A stretch of 64,000 nucleotides of DNA from Vicugna vicugna (lineage: Eukaryota). Below, one piece after another: positions 1-11,390 of this stretch. The translations under genes and the position numbers were made by a program. The first letter of the stretch is position 1; each line of letters begins with the position of its first letter. Location of the stretch: assembly GCA_013265495.1 (NCBI GenBank), contig MU057809.1, forward strand, positions 684,001-748,000. Direction: 5' to 3'. A model generated the notes under the pieces. It was not told where the DNA came from, ran no database searches, and saw only the letters and a program-made list of their open reading frames with translations.

Positions 1-879
1 TGCCGCCGAGAAAGACCAGGCCCCTCCAGGCCAGGAAGGGGAAGGCCTGGAGTCACAGGAGGCCAGTGTCGCCTCCCCCAGGTGCCCCTGCCGGCTGCAG
101 AGCTAGGCCGCCGCGTGGTGGCCAGGAGGGGAGGGGCCCCCCGCCTCTCTCTGGGGCCTGTAATTGGATCTGGAGCCTGAGAGCTTTGGCCTGAGGGCTG
201 GGTGGATGTGGGGATCTTGGGTCTCAGGGCCCCTGGGCTGAGCCCGGGTGGAGAGAGGCAGGCGGGGGCCCGGCACTCTGCGGCCGGGCAGAGGCCAGGA
301 GGGCCCAGGGCGCAGAAGCCTCGGTGGCCTGCACCCTGGTCCTCACGGGCCCCTCCAGCTCCACGCGGGCCCTGTGTCAGCCCGCCCACTCCCGTCCTCC
401 GTCATCAGGAGATTAGGCGTGGGCAGCCCTGCACGGCCGCAGGGGCCCTGGGCATTAGGCCTCTCCTCTGACCTTGAGGGGATTTGGCCGGGGCATCGGG
501 GCGGGGCGGGGAGGGAGAGGACAGGCCCAGGCCGGGGCCAGCCCTGCGGTCATTCACGTGCACCCTGTTACCACAGGTCCCAGACGGTGGCCCAGACCCG
601 GGCTTTGTCTGAAAAGTAGAATATTAAACAAAACAAAAAATATTAGAATCATCTGCCAAGATTTAAAATGGAGAAATTTTACATTAAAATCCAATGTCTA
701 GCTTTTTTGAGGAAACAGAAGGAAATCAAAGACCAGGTGACAGTGGGCTCTGTTCCGGTTCTGCTCAGGCGCTCCAAGTCCCAGCTACCTCCGAGGAAGA
801 GCCCATCAGAGCCTCACGCCTCCTGGCCCTGCCGGCATGTCCCCACCACATCCCTGCCTCCCCTGTGCTCTTTCTGTCT

Positions 880-1110
880 CAGACGCACCACCCCTTGCTT
901 CCTCCAGCTTCGAGACCTGCTGCTGCCTCAGGGCCTTTGCACTTGCTGCTTCTACTTGGCTTGCTGCCAGCTCCCACCTCGTGTCACTGGGGTCTTGACT
1001 GTCACGTCACCTTCTCCCCTGCATCTCCCTCTCCTCTGCTTTGTTTCCTGTGTCACTCGTCACCAGGTGACACTCTGTCCTGCTTATTACAGGGCTCTGG
1101 CTGAGAGACT
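880..1110 (+). mobile_element. LINE-2 fragment (ancient)
   Basis: cctcagggcctttgcacttgctgc matches the L2 3'-region motif; flanks are diverged. Confidence 0.55.
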
Positions 1111-1689
1111 GCTGGCTGAGATGGGGCTGGCGGCTTCTCCGCGGGGCCTGGGCTTCTTCACAGTGTGGGGACCGGGAAGCATCTGGCGAGAGCACCGGGC
1201 ACAGACCTGGCCCAGAAAGGACATGAACTGTCCTGCTGCACACTGTTGGCTGGAGGACACACAGATCCTTCCCAGATTCAAGAGGCTTTGCCTGAGGAGG
1301 GAACATGGACACGTTCGAAGGGAGAGGCGCTCAGAGCCCTGCCGAGCACCTGGGGCGGGAGTGCTGCTGCGGTGGTTTTTAGGCAGCACAGTCGGCCACA
1401 AGCGAGTCTCAGAATCCGTGGTGCTCAGTGAAGCCTTGGCGCTGGGTGGCTGACTGCCCGCTGTGGGCCTGGTGGACAGGAGCCCTCCGGCCAAAGTTCC
1501 TTCTTCCTGTGACCGCCCCCCAGGCATCTGAGCTGTTGTGCCCACCTTTAGAGAACCCTGCATCTCGGGGCTCCCTTACGCCGGTCCCTCATGACACCCC
1601 TTTGCAGCCGCCTTCCCCGCAACTCCAGCCCCAACAGTCGCAGATCCCTTCTCTGTGTTAGTAGCTCGGACTACTAGTATAAATGTCAT

Positions 1690-3365
1690 CATGTAGCACA
1701 CAGCCCTGTGTGTCTTTTTAGGACTTTGGGCAAATCCGGGGCAGCACTTGCCAGGTTGTAGCAGGTGTCAGTGCTCGTTCCTTTTTTTGTGGCCAAATCA
1801 TATTCCGTTGTGTGACTAGACCACATTTGCTTGCCCATTCACCAGCCGATGGGCATCTGGGGTGCTTCCACCTTTCGTCCGGTGTGAGCAGTGCTGCTAT
1901 GAGCGTTCACGTGCACGTTTCTGTTTCAACGGCTATTTTCAGCTCCCGTGGGTCTGTGCCTCAGAGTGGAGTTGCTGGATGGTGCAGTAACTGGATGCTG
2001 AGCACGCTGGGACTGCTAGACTGGCTTCCGTGGCAACGGCACCATTCACATCCCACCAGCTTGCACGAGGCTCCAACCCTTCCAGCACCTGTTCTTCTCT
2101 TGCTTATTGTTACGGTCAGACCGGTGGGCGCAAGTGGTCTCTCACTGCAGTTTTGATTTGCATCTCCCTGGTGATCAGTGACTGAGCACCTTTTCACATC
2201 TTATTGGCCGTTTGAATGTCTTCTTTGGGGAAACGAATGTCTTCTCAGATCTTCTGCTCAATCTAAAAATTTGGGGTTGTCTTTTAATTCTTGAGCTGGA
2301 CGAGTTCTTTACAGATTCTGGGTACTAGACCCTTACCAGATATGTTTTGCAAATATTTTCTCCCATTCTGTGGGTTGTCACTTTTACTTTTCGTGGTGGT
2401 GTCCTTTGGGACACAAAAGTTTGAAAATTTGATAAAGTCCAGTATATCTATTATTTTGTTGCCAAAAAATTTGGTGTTTGGTGTCATATCTAAGAAACCA
2501 CTGCTAAATCAAGGGTCATAAAGATTTGCCTCTGTTTCACTCTAGGAATTTTGTAGATTTAGCTGCCATATTTAGGTTTTTTATTTACTTTGCGTTAAAT
2601 TTTGTATATGGTGTGAGGTAGGGGTCTGAGTTTGTATTTTTGGGTGTGGCCCTCCGGTTGTCCCAGAACCATTCATTGAAGAGACTATTTATCCCCCATT
2701 GAGTAGTTCTGGCCTGCTGGTGGAAGATCAACTGGCCACGACGGACAGGTCTCTTCTGAACTTTCAGTGATCATTATGTCTATTCTCGAATTAGCTCCGT
2801 GTTGTTTGATTACAGTAGTTTTGTAGTAAGTTTCTAAACTGGAAAGTGTGAGTTGAATCCTCCACCTTTGTCCTTCTTTTTCAAGATTATTTTGGCCATT
2901 TAGGCCCCCCTTGCAATTCCACATGAATTTTAGGATTAGCTTGTCCATTTCTGCAAAAAAAAGGCCATTGGAATATTGATAGGAATTGCATTGAATCTGT
3001 AGATCAATTTGGGGAGCATTGTCATCTTAACCTTATTAAGCTTCCCAATCCATGAACATGGGATGTATTTCCATTTACTCTGGTTTTCTTTCATTTCTTT
3101 CAGCAATGTTTTACGGGTTTCTGTGAAGCAGTCTGCATCACCTCAGATACATTTGTTATTAAATGTTTTATTCTTTTTGATGCTGCTGTAAATGGAATGG
3201 TTTGTTAGTGTGTAGAAATGCTGCTGATTCTGTGTGTTGACCTTGTATTCTGCGGCTTTGCTGAATTTGTCTGTTAGCTCTAACAGCTTTTTTTTTTTTG
3301 GTGTATATGGATTTTTAACATTTTCTGTATATAAAATTGTGTCATCTGTCAATAGAGACAGTTTT
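1690..3365 (-). mobile_element. L1 (L1M-type) fragment, ORF2 RT/C-terminal region plus 3' UTR
   Basis: Minus-strand ORF remnants [22 protein letters not shown] (2685-2948) and DDTILYTEN..KLLELTDKFSKAAEYKVN (3143-3352) resemble L1 ORF2p; antisense L1 3' UTR motifs at 1780-2200. Confidence 0.9.
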
Positions 3366-3369
3366 ACTT

Positions 3370-4620
3370 AGCATTTTTTTGAGATTCATTGGTGATGTTG
3401 TATCAATAGCTTATTCCTTTTTATTGCTGAGTAGCTTTCCGTTGAATGGACATGTCACAATTCATTTATCTGTCCTCCTTTTAACAGACATTTGGGTTGT
3501 TTCCAGTTTAGGCTATTGCAAATTGGGCTGCTAGATTATTATGCAAGTCTTTGTATGGACGTATTTTTTTTAATTTTTCTTGGGTAAATACCTAGGAGTG
3601 GAATGGTTAGATCATGAGGCAGGTGTGTATTGAACTCCCTACTTTTAAGAATCTGCCAAATTATTTTCCAGAGTGGTTGTACAGTTTTGTACTTACATCA
3701 GCAGTGTATGAGAGTTCCAGTTTCTCTAAATCTTCGACTCCTGATGTGATTGGTCTTTTTAGTTTTTGTCATTCTAACAGGTGCTTGGAGGTATGTCATT
3801 GTGACTTCAATTTGTATTTCCCAAATGACCAGTAACCTTGAGCATCTTTTCAGTGCATATTTGCCATTTGTACATCTTCTATGTGAAGTGTCTGTTCATA
3901 GCTTTTGCCCATTTTTAAGCTGACTTCTTTGTTTCCTTATTGTTGAATTTTGAGACTTCTTTATGTATTCTGTGTCTGTATCTTTTATCAGATAAGCGGT
4001 TTGCAAATACTTCCCCTCCATCTATGAGCTGTCCTTTCATTGTCTTTACAGCTACCTTTGAAGAGCAGGCTTTTTTACCTTTGATGATACCCAGTTCATT
4101 CATTTTTAGTTTTTGAATCATGCTTTTGATGTCATATCTAAATAATCCTTACTTAAGCAGAGGTCACAAAGATTTTCTGCTATGTTATCTCCTAGAAGTT
4201 TAATAATTCTAGGTTTTACACTTGGCTCTATGATCCGTTTTGAATTATATGTTTTATGGAGTGTGAGATATGGATCAACCGGGTTTTTGTTTGTTTGGTT
4301 TTTGCGTATGGCTATCCGAGTGTTCCCGTATCACTGGTGAAATGACTGTCTTTCCTCCGCTAAGTTGCCTGTGTGCCTTTGTCGGAGGCTGGCCGTCCGT
4401 GCAGGTGTGTGCTTCTGACTCTGTCCCGTGCCGTGGGTCTACGTGTCTACGTTTAGATCCTGTCTTGTTAGCTACAGCTTTATAACCTGTCTTTTCATCT
4501 TGTGGAGTCAGTGCTCCAACTTGGTGCTTTTCCTGTTGTTTCGCCTCTTCTGGGTCTTTTGCGTTTCATATGAATTTGACAAATGGCTTGTCGATTTGTA
4601 AAAACAAAGCAAAAGCTGGC
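3370..4620 (-). mobile_element. Second L1M fragment (3' UTR and ORF2 end)
   Basis: The 3' UTR motifs recur (gacatttgggttgtttccagttt, gggtaaatacctaggagtggaat); ORF 3915-4121 resembles the ORF2p C-terminus. Confidence 0.85.
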
Positions 4621-4984
4621 CCAGGCCGCACAGGCCTCTGACAGTCGGCAGCTGATATGGGTTACGTTGTTTCCTCTCCTGCGGGCTGATCTTTCCAGGA
4701 GCTTCTCCTGCTTTCCCCTGACGTGGTCCACTCCAAACCACTGCGTCCACTCCAGACCGACTTACTCAGGTGTGTTGTCCCCTGCACAGAGACACCAGGC
4801 CACCAGCATCACCCACTGAGTTTCTCAGAGCAGGGGATCACTGCTTACTCTGCAACCCCCAGAGAGCCCAGTGGAGCTGGCTACGTGGGAGAGTTTTCCT
4901 AAGGCTTTGATCGTATGTCCACACAAGTCCATTACAGTACGGACTAGAACAGGGAGCTAACGAGGACGTCTAATGCTGTGAGTT

Positions 4985-5070
4985 CCCACCCATCCACCTA
5001 CCCACCCATCCTTCACCCACAGCCGTCTCTCTTCCCATCCTCCTGGCCCCCCACCCATCCCTTCCTGATC
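4985..5070. repeat. Degenerate (CCAT/CCAC)n low-complexity tract
   Basis: cccaccatccaccctacccacccatcc. Confidence 0.5.
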
Positions 5071-6471
5071 ACCAACTATACTAGACACCAGGGTTCAGAA
5101 ACATCTTCCCGGCCCTAGGTTTCTCTGCCTTTAAACGAGCAGGTTGGAGGGACTGATTCCCCAGAGCTCTGCACACTCTGTTTTCCTTTGACTTCTGCAC
5201 AAGGACAGTCAGCACCTCAGGCTGACAAGGTTACAGCGTTTCCACAGGAAGGATGAGGAGCTGGGCCAAGTGAGGGAGAGGGCCTCATGCCCACTGACTC
5301 CGGCACAGACACTGATTACCACTTGCCCCTGTGTGAGCCAAGATCCCAGGAACTGAGGGCCCCGTGACAGGGCGGGCGCAGGGGGCATCCCAGAGACGGC
5401 CCCTCCTGGCTGCGGGCGGTATTCCCTGGGCGCCCAGAGTCTCCCTCGCTGTCTGTGTCCAGCGGGAGCCTCCTGCTGGCCCAGTAGCCACGGTACCCTA
5501 GGTGGCAGTGGCTGAGCACGGAGGGCTAGGAGGCCAGCAGTGGGGGGCACTCGGGCCCGAGGGGCAGAGCAGGGGCCCCAGGAAGCCTCAGGTCTATTTT
5601 ACCCCAAGGCGGGGCCAAGGGTGTCTAAAGCGTCTGGGGTTACATCATCAAGACCTGCTCTGGCTGCTGCCTCCCTCACCGCACCTGTGCCCACCCAGAG
5701 CTGTTTGCGGCCGACACCTGTGCCCCTGGCCAGGCCATCCTGGGGGAGGCCTCCGAGGTGGAGGGAAGGCTAGGGTGGGGGCGTGGAGGAGGTGGGTGAC
5801 CCCTTTCCCCTCTGCCCAGGCTCCTCTGCCTGGTGCCCGGGGCTGCCCTGACGCCCCCGCAGCCTGGGCCCAGTTGTGACACTGTACAGTTTGGAGTTAA
5901 TAACAGAGGTTTTTATCTCTTCCGCAGTTTTCTTGTTGCTCTGTGGCCTCTGCCCGTTGAATCGGGGCCCCGGCTGCCTCAGGAGGGAAGCAGACACAGC
6001 TAAGAACAAAGAAATCAATTGACTTTCTGGAATGAATTTTTAAAAACTCGCAGCAGAGGCAATATTCTGAAAGCGCAGAGGATGTCTTTTGCAAGAGCAG
6101 GGCTTTTTGAGAGAGGAAGCGTTTTTTGAGTGAAAACATAGACTTTATTGCATAAGCTGCAGATGGGGGAAACCGTGGGAGGGCGTTTTCCTGCTGAAAG
6201 GGGCAATAACGGGACTGGGGGTGGCAGAGAAGGGGCGTCCGAGCCCCCCACCTGGCCCCGGCCTGGGTGAAGCCACGTGGAGGTGGCTGATGGGAAATCT
6301 GGGTAAGTCTGGGGACTCTGGGCATGTGAGACCTGCATTTGCCCCATGTCTTCATAGAGAAGCCCCGCCTGACAGCATCATGGTGGCCCCCAGGGAGCAG
6401 CCCCCAATCGTCACTGCTCAAAAGAGGCTATTGTTGTTATTATTGTTTCTGGTTCGCAAAGCAGATGGTTT

Positions 6472-6885
6472 GTGTATTAGTTATCTACTGCTGCATAACA
6501 AATCACCCCAAAATTCAGTGACGTGAAACAACACAGATTATCTCCCGTAATTTCTGCAGTGAACAATTTAGAAGTTGCCTAGCAGGGTGGGTCCAGCTCA
6601 GGGTCGCTCACGAGGCTGCATCTGAAGGCTCAACTGGGGCCAGGGGATCCCGGTCCCGCCCTGGCTGTTGTCTAGGGGCTTCAGCTTCTTTCATGTGGCC
6701 CCTGCACAGGCTGCTGAGTGTCCTCACAGCACAGCAGGGGACTTCCCCGGAGCTGGTGACCCACGAGAGCTGAGAGGGAAAGCGCCATGCTTTGTGGACT
6801 GGCCCTGGAAGTCAGCCCCTCAACGCAGGCAGAGATGGGACAAGGGTGTAAATACCAGAAGGGGTTCATCCTGGGAGGCCGCGCG
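6472..6885 (-). mobile_element. MLT1 (ERVL-MaLR) solo LTR
   Basis: Starts tgtattagttatctactgctgcataacaaatcaccccaaaa, the reverse complement of the MLT1 LTR 3' terminus. Confidence 0.8.
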
Positions 6886-8127
6886 TGAGTGCAGTGCCGT
6901 CTGGATTTCAAAGCATTTAGCAGCTTTCAAAGCACTCTAGCATCCACAGCAGACAGGTGTACACACTAGCTCACTGGCCTCTCCCTGAGATGGTCCCAGG
7001 TCCCCTGCGCAGGGACTGATCCAGGGGCTTTGCGAGCTGCTCTGGTCCTGCCTGTGCCCTGTGCTGGGCCTCCAGTGTTTGTGGGGCCCAGGAAGTCATC
7101 CTGGAGAAGAAATCCAACCCCAGCCCCAAAGAGCAAGGCCACCGCTAAGACGGACAGGCTCAGTTCAGGGTCAGCGAGGAGCAGAGAGGGCAGAGCCCCT
7201 GAGAACACAGCGAGGGTCTGTCCGGAGGGCCTGGGACGCCCGGAGGAGACGTCGGCCAGCAGAAACTGCATCTCCATGTGTCCCCTCCTCAGTGTCCCCG
7301 GCGCCCAGCCCAGGGCTTTGCCCCAGAGGGTCTGTGGCATTGGGGGCCATCCCAGGTTTTGGAGTGGGGGAAGGGGTGGCGCTGTGTCCACTGATCTCTG
7401 GTGCTGATGTGTGCCCCTGCACAGGAGCGCTGGAGGCAGGGAGGCCCAGTGGAGGCTGAGAGGCCCCCTGGCATGGTGGGGAATGCTGAGGCTGACACTA
7501 CCTTGTTGCGGGGCCCTCTGTGTGATTCAGGGGGTTCCTCCCCTCTGGGCCCATACCTGTGAACCATGGTAGATGCCTTCTGACCTGGGGGCTGAAGCAG
7601 TGGCCTGTGAGGTCCTACAAGGGGCTTGGTGGCCACACAGAGCCTGGGCTGAATCCCCCCAGGCCCTCAGCTGGCCCCAAGCTATGCCAGAATTCCTTGT
7701 TTCTGGGCCTGGCTCCTCTCCCAATGCCGCCTCCTGCAGCTCCATGGACACTGTCTGTATCTGCCTGCCAGCCTTCATGGAGCCCCCCACCCCCAAGCTG
7801 CCACTGGGGTCCCGCTGTTCCTCCTGCATAGACACCGCCCTCAGGGGCACTTCCTGCAGCCAGCCTTGCAACCATGGGGTGCACACTCGCTCTCCAAGTC
7901 TCAGAGCCTCTGCTGGGGCTGGGCCCCCGGCTGCAAGACTGGCTCCACCGCTGAGCAGTCAGTGTGCATCCTTGGGCCAGTGCTGGGGCCTCCCACCTCC
8001 CCAGCGACCAGTAGGGGCCAAACACTAACTTGGATAAGATACTGAGGCCACGGAGGTGAGCAGGGAGCCAGGGCACCTCGATCAAGTCCTTTCCTTCCCC
8101 TTCCCCCGACTCCCAGACTTATCCAGG

Positions 8128-8183
8128 GAAGGCAAGTTGCTTTAGCCCTCTGAGCCTCACTTTTCCTACCTTTAAAATGGGCA
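8128..8183 (+). mobile_element. MIR fragment
   Basis: ggcaagttgctttagccctctgagcctcacttttcctacctttaaaatggg matches the MIR core. Confidence 0.7.
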
Positions 8184-8185
8184 CC

Positions 8186-8760
8186 ACAGTGTCTTTTGAA
8201 GGGTGAAGACGTTAAATGTTGGTGAAGTCCACTTTACAATTTTTCTTTTACAATCTGTGTTTTTGTGTCACGTTTGAGAAATCTTTGCCAAACCCAAGGT
8301 CCCTAAGATTTTCTCCCATGAAAAGACAAGCCGCAGTGTGGGAGAGATATGCGTTTGCAGAACGCATATCACGAAGGACTTGTATTCTGAGTATATAAAG
8401 ATCTTTCATCACTCAGTCGTAAGAAGACTCAGCCCAGTTTCTAAAGTGGGCCAAATATTTAAGCAGACATTTCACTAAAGAAGTCGTGATGAATCAGCCA
8501 TGAAAAGATGCTTGAGATCATTAGCCATTAGGAAAACGCAGATTAGAGCCACAGTGCGGCACCACCTCACACCTCCTGGAAAGGCCGCAGTGAAACAGAC
8601 TGACTACAGCAAGTGCTGGCGAGGACGGGGGGCAGCTGGAGCCAGTGGGGGTGTAGAGCCGGGCAGCTGCTTTGAGCAAGCTTGGTAGTTAAACATATGC
8701 CTGCTGTGAGACCAGATGCTCCTCTCCTGAGCGCTCAAGAGAGTCTGGGACACGTGCGCA
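8186..8760. mobile_element. L1 fragment with inverted 5' segment (8186-8317 antisense, 8318-~8760 sense)
   Basis: The antisense piece read on - ends ...caaaagacactgt; the sense piece starts atgaaaagacaagcc, which follows closely in L1 ORF2; ORF 8500-8688 MKRCLRSLAIRKTQIRATVRHHLTP resembles the ORF2p C-terminus. Confidence 0.8.
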
Positions 8761-9564
8761 GACAGTCCCAGCCCAGCTCGGGTGCTCAGGCGTCCCAGGC
8801 AACTTGGGGCCCGGCAGGACCGGAGCACCGCCTCTCCGCATTGCTGGGAGGGTTCGCCTTGCTGGTGGACGCTTCTACGTGGGCTGCACGTGGGAAGCAC
8901 AGAACAAGTATGCCTCCCATGTTGTCTTCATCTCACCCGCCGGCAACAGTGTGCGGTTGGGGAAACGGAAGCCGGGACGGGGCAGGCTGTTGACAGGGAC
9001 TGGCCAGCAGGCCAGTGTCAATGCCGGGCCCAGCAGCCAGCCTCTGACTGTGGCCGGTGGACGCCCAGCTCCCTTTCCTTCCTCCGTCCTGGTGGAGCCG
9101 CTGAACTTCCATCTCATGGGGATGGGAGTGTCTCCACGCTTCCCCCTCAGCTGGATCAGGGCCACAATCCCTGGGCAGACTGGAGCAAATACCCCTCCCT
9201 GAGCCACCCAGCTCATCAGCGCCCCGTTAGAGCAAAACAAGGAGCACCTGCCCAAGGGCCCTTGCTGGTTTCGGCTAAATGAACCCAAAAGGAGTCGCCT
9301 GCTGCTGAAGTTGGCTTCGGTGGCAGCCTCGACAGTGGCAGAGAGCAGGGGAGTGCCGAGCATCGGCTGGAAGAACGGAGCCTTCAGCTCAGCTCCCGGG
9401 TGAGGACTGGAACTCCCCCTGGCTGCCAGTGGGGGAGGCAGAGGCAGCCCTGGTCTCACCTCACCCCCGAGCCGCTGCGGCATGGGGCTGGGGGTGTAGG
9501 GAGTGGAGGCAGAGCTGGGGAGCCGGGGCACAGCTGGGACCACCGGGAGCCCGCAGTGTTCCGA

Positions 9565-9960
9565 TTGTCCACTGCTGTGTAACAAAGCACCCCAAACTCA
9601 GCAGCTTGAAACAATCGTCATTTATTCTGTTCCCGAATCCCACCCTGGGCATTGCTGGCGTGGGCTGGAGGTTGGTCTTGGCTCCACGAGGCATGGGGTG
9701 GGCAGCCTGGCTGGAGACTGAGGGGCCTCATTCCAGACGGTGCACTCCAGTGGGGGCCGGCTGTGGGCCTCTCTGTGTGGCCTGGGCTTCCGCAGGATAA
9801 GGTGTCTGGGTTCCCAGGTGACAATCATATGGCCATTTGAGACCCAGCCTCAGGGGTCCCAGAGCATCACGTTGCCCCGTTACCTCATGGGGGCCACGGA
9901 AAACAGAGGGCTGGGGCACAGACCCCACCTCTTGGCGGGAGGGTGGTGGGGTTCTGGAAG
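9565..9960 (-). mobile_element. MLT1 (ERVL-MaLR) LTR, diverged
   Basis: actgctgtgtaacaaagcaccccaaactcagcagcttgaaacaa matches the MLT1 terminus in reverse complement. Confidence 0.7.
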
Positions 9961-10220
9961 GTCGTGGGGACAGGAAGCTAGCGATGCGGCGTTTTTAGAG
10001 CTACAGCCTGCCCCTGCTCGGCCTCCACACCCTGCAGGCAGGGAGGACCCCAGATTCACCCAGCCTAGAGCCCCCCACGAATGCCGGCCCTGCCCAGTGC
10101 ATTGCCTCACGGCCTGAGGGCAAATCGGCTTGGGAAGCCCTGCCATGGCTTCCCCTGTCCTGCAAAGGTCCTGGCTTGTTAACTCAGAGGGTCCGGGGGC
10201 GGGGCGGGGCCTGGCAGCCA

Positions 10221-10271
10221 GGGGCGTGGCCGGTGGTGGGGTGTGGCCAGTGGTGGGGCGTGGCCTGTGGT
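10221..10271 (+). repeat. 17-bp tandem repeat x3 (GGGGYGTGGCCNGTGGT)
   Basis: ggggcgtggccggtggt / ggggtgtggccagtggt / ggggcgtggcctgtggt. Confidence 0.9.
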
Positions 10272-11149
10272 GGGGGCCGGCTTTGGCCGCAATGCTTCCC
10301 TGGCAGTGGAAGACCTTTCTCTTTCATGTATGGTCTTCCCTTCCATGAAGGGGACCCTCCATCCCTCCCGTCCTGTTCACCTCTTTCACAGTCTGCGGGA
10401 GGCCTGGGCCGGGCTATGTTTCTTGGGAAACAGAAGAGCATGCAGTAACCCGCCAATAGTTCTCCAAGTTCAGAGTCGCTGCAGTCGCCAGGGTGTCCCC
10501 ACCCCTGCCCTGGGGCTTTCCAAACATCAGGGTCCACCGGGACCCCCTCCCTGTGAGATGTTGGCAAGGCCCAGAGTGGGAAACGGGCTTGCCCTGGGCA
10601 GGCACCTGGCCACGGCACAACAGGGCCTCCGCCACACCGCTTGCCGCCTGTTGTCAGCAGTAGCCCTGTCGTCCCGAGCCCCGGAGGGGCAGGTCCTGGC
10701 CTGGGCCTTAAGCCACCAGTGGGGGCCTCCGTGACCGTCTGGGGGACGCTGTGCAGGGCTGTGAGGACTGGCTGCAGTCCTGGGCACCTGGGTAGAGCAG
10801 GGACGGCTGGGCAGAGTCGGGGGGATCTGATGGCCAAGACCCCCACTTAGCCTCCATCCAGAGGTCGTCTCCAGGACAGGAGCCTGGCCGCGGGGAGCTG
10901 CCTCCCATGTGACTCCGGGCACCTGGCAGCTTCTACCTCCTCTTTCCTTACCTTTGGAAAGGGCCTGCCTGCCGCCCACCCCATTCCCGGGGGAGCAAGG
11001 TGACGACAGGCCCTGAGCTCCAGGTGCACCCCAAGGGTGGCAGGTGGGTGGAGACCCCAGGTTCTCCTCTGGGGGGAAGAGGAGGGGCCTCGGTGTCCCT
11101 CGGCCGAGCCGCGCGTCCCCCGACCCTGCACCAGACGGGCTCGGTCCCA

Positions 11150-11390
11150 TCGAATTCTCCAAGTTAACAAGTGCAGGCCTGATGATTAACTAGATTTGCA
11201 AAGTTGATGAAAAGCTCGGGATATAAATAAATATTCCTGGAGACATCCCACCCCCCGCAGGCATGAACTTTGAATAATTGGAGAGAATTATGCTGAGGAT
11301 TAATCAAAGCTTTTTTTTCCTTTCGCTAATTACCTCTGGCTTCATCAGTGTCAGAGTCTAATCAACCCCAGACGTTGTAATCGACCCTCG
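11150..11390. promoter_or_regulatory. Candidate conserved non-coding element/enhancer
   Basis: AT-rich island in GC-rich DNA that resembles no repeat I recognise, with TGATTAA, GGATTA, ATCAAAG, TAATTA and TAATC motifs. Confidence 0.5.

Noticed and set aside
1412..1428. REST/NRSE-like motif (TGAGCACCACGGATTC on -)
   Set aside because: It lacks the critical GGACAG right half and the TCAG start
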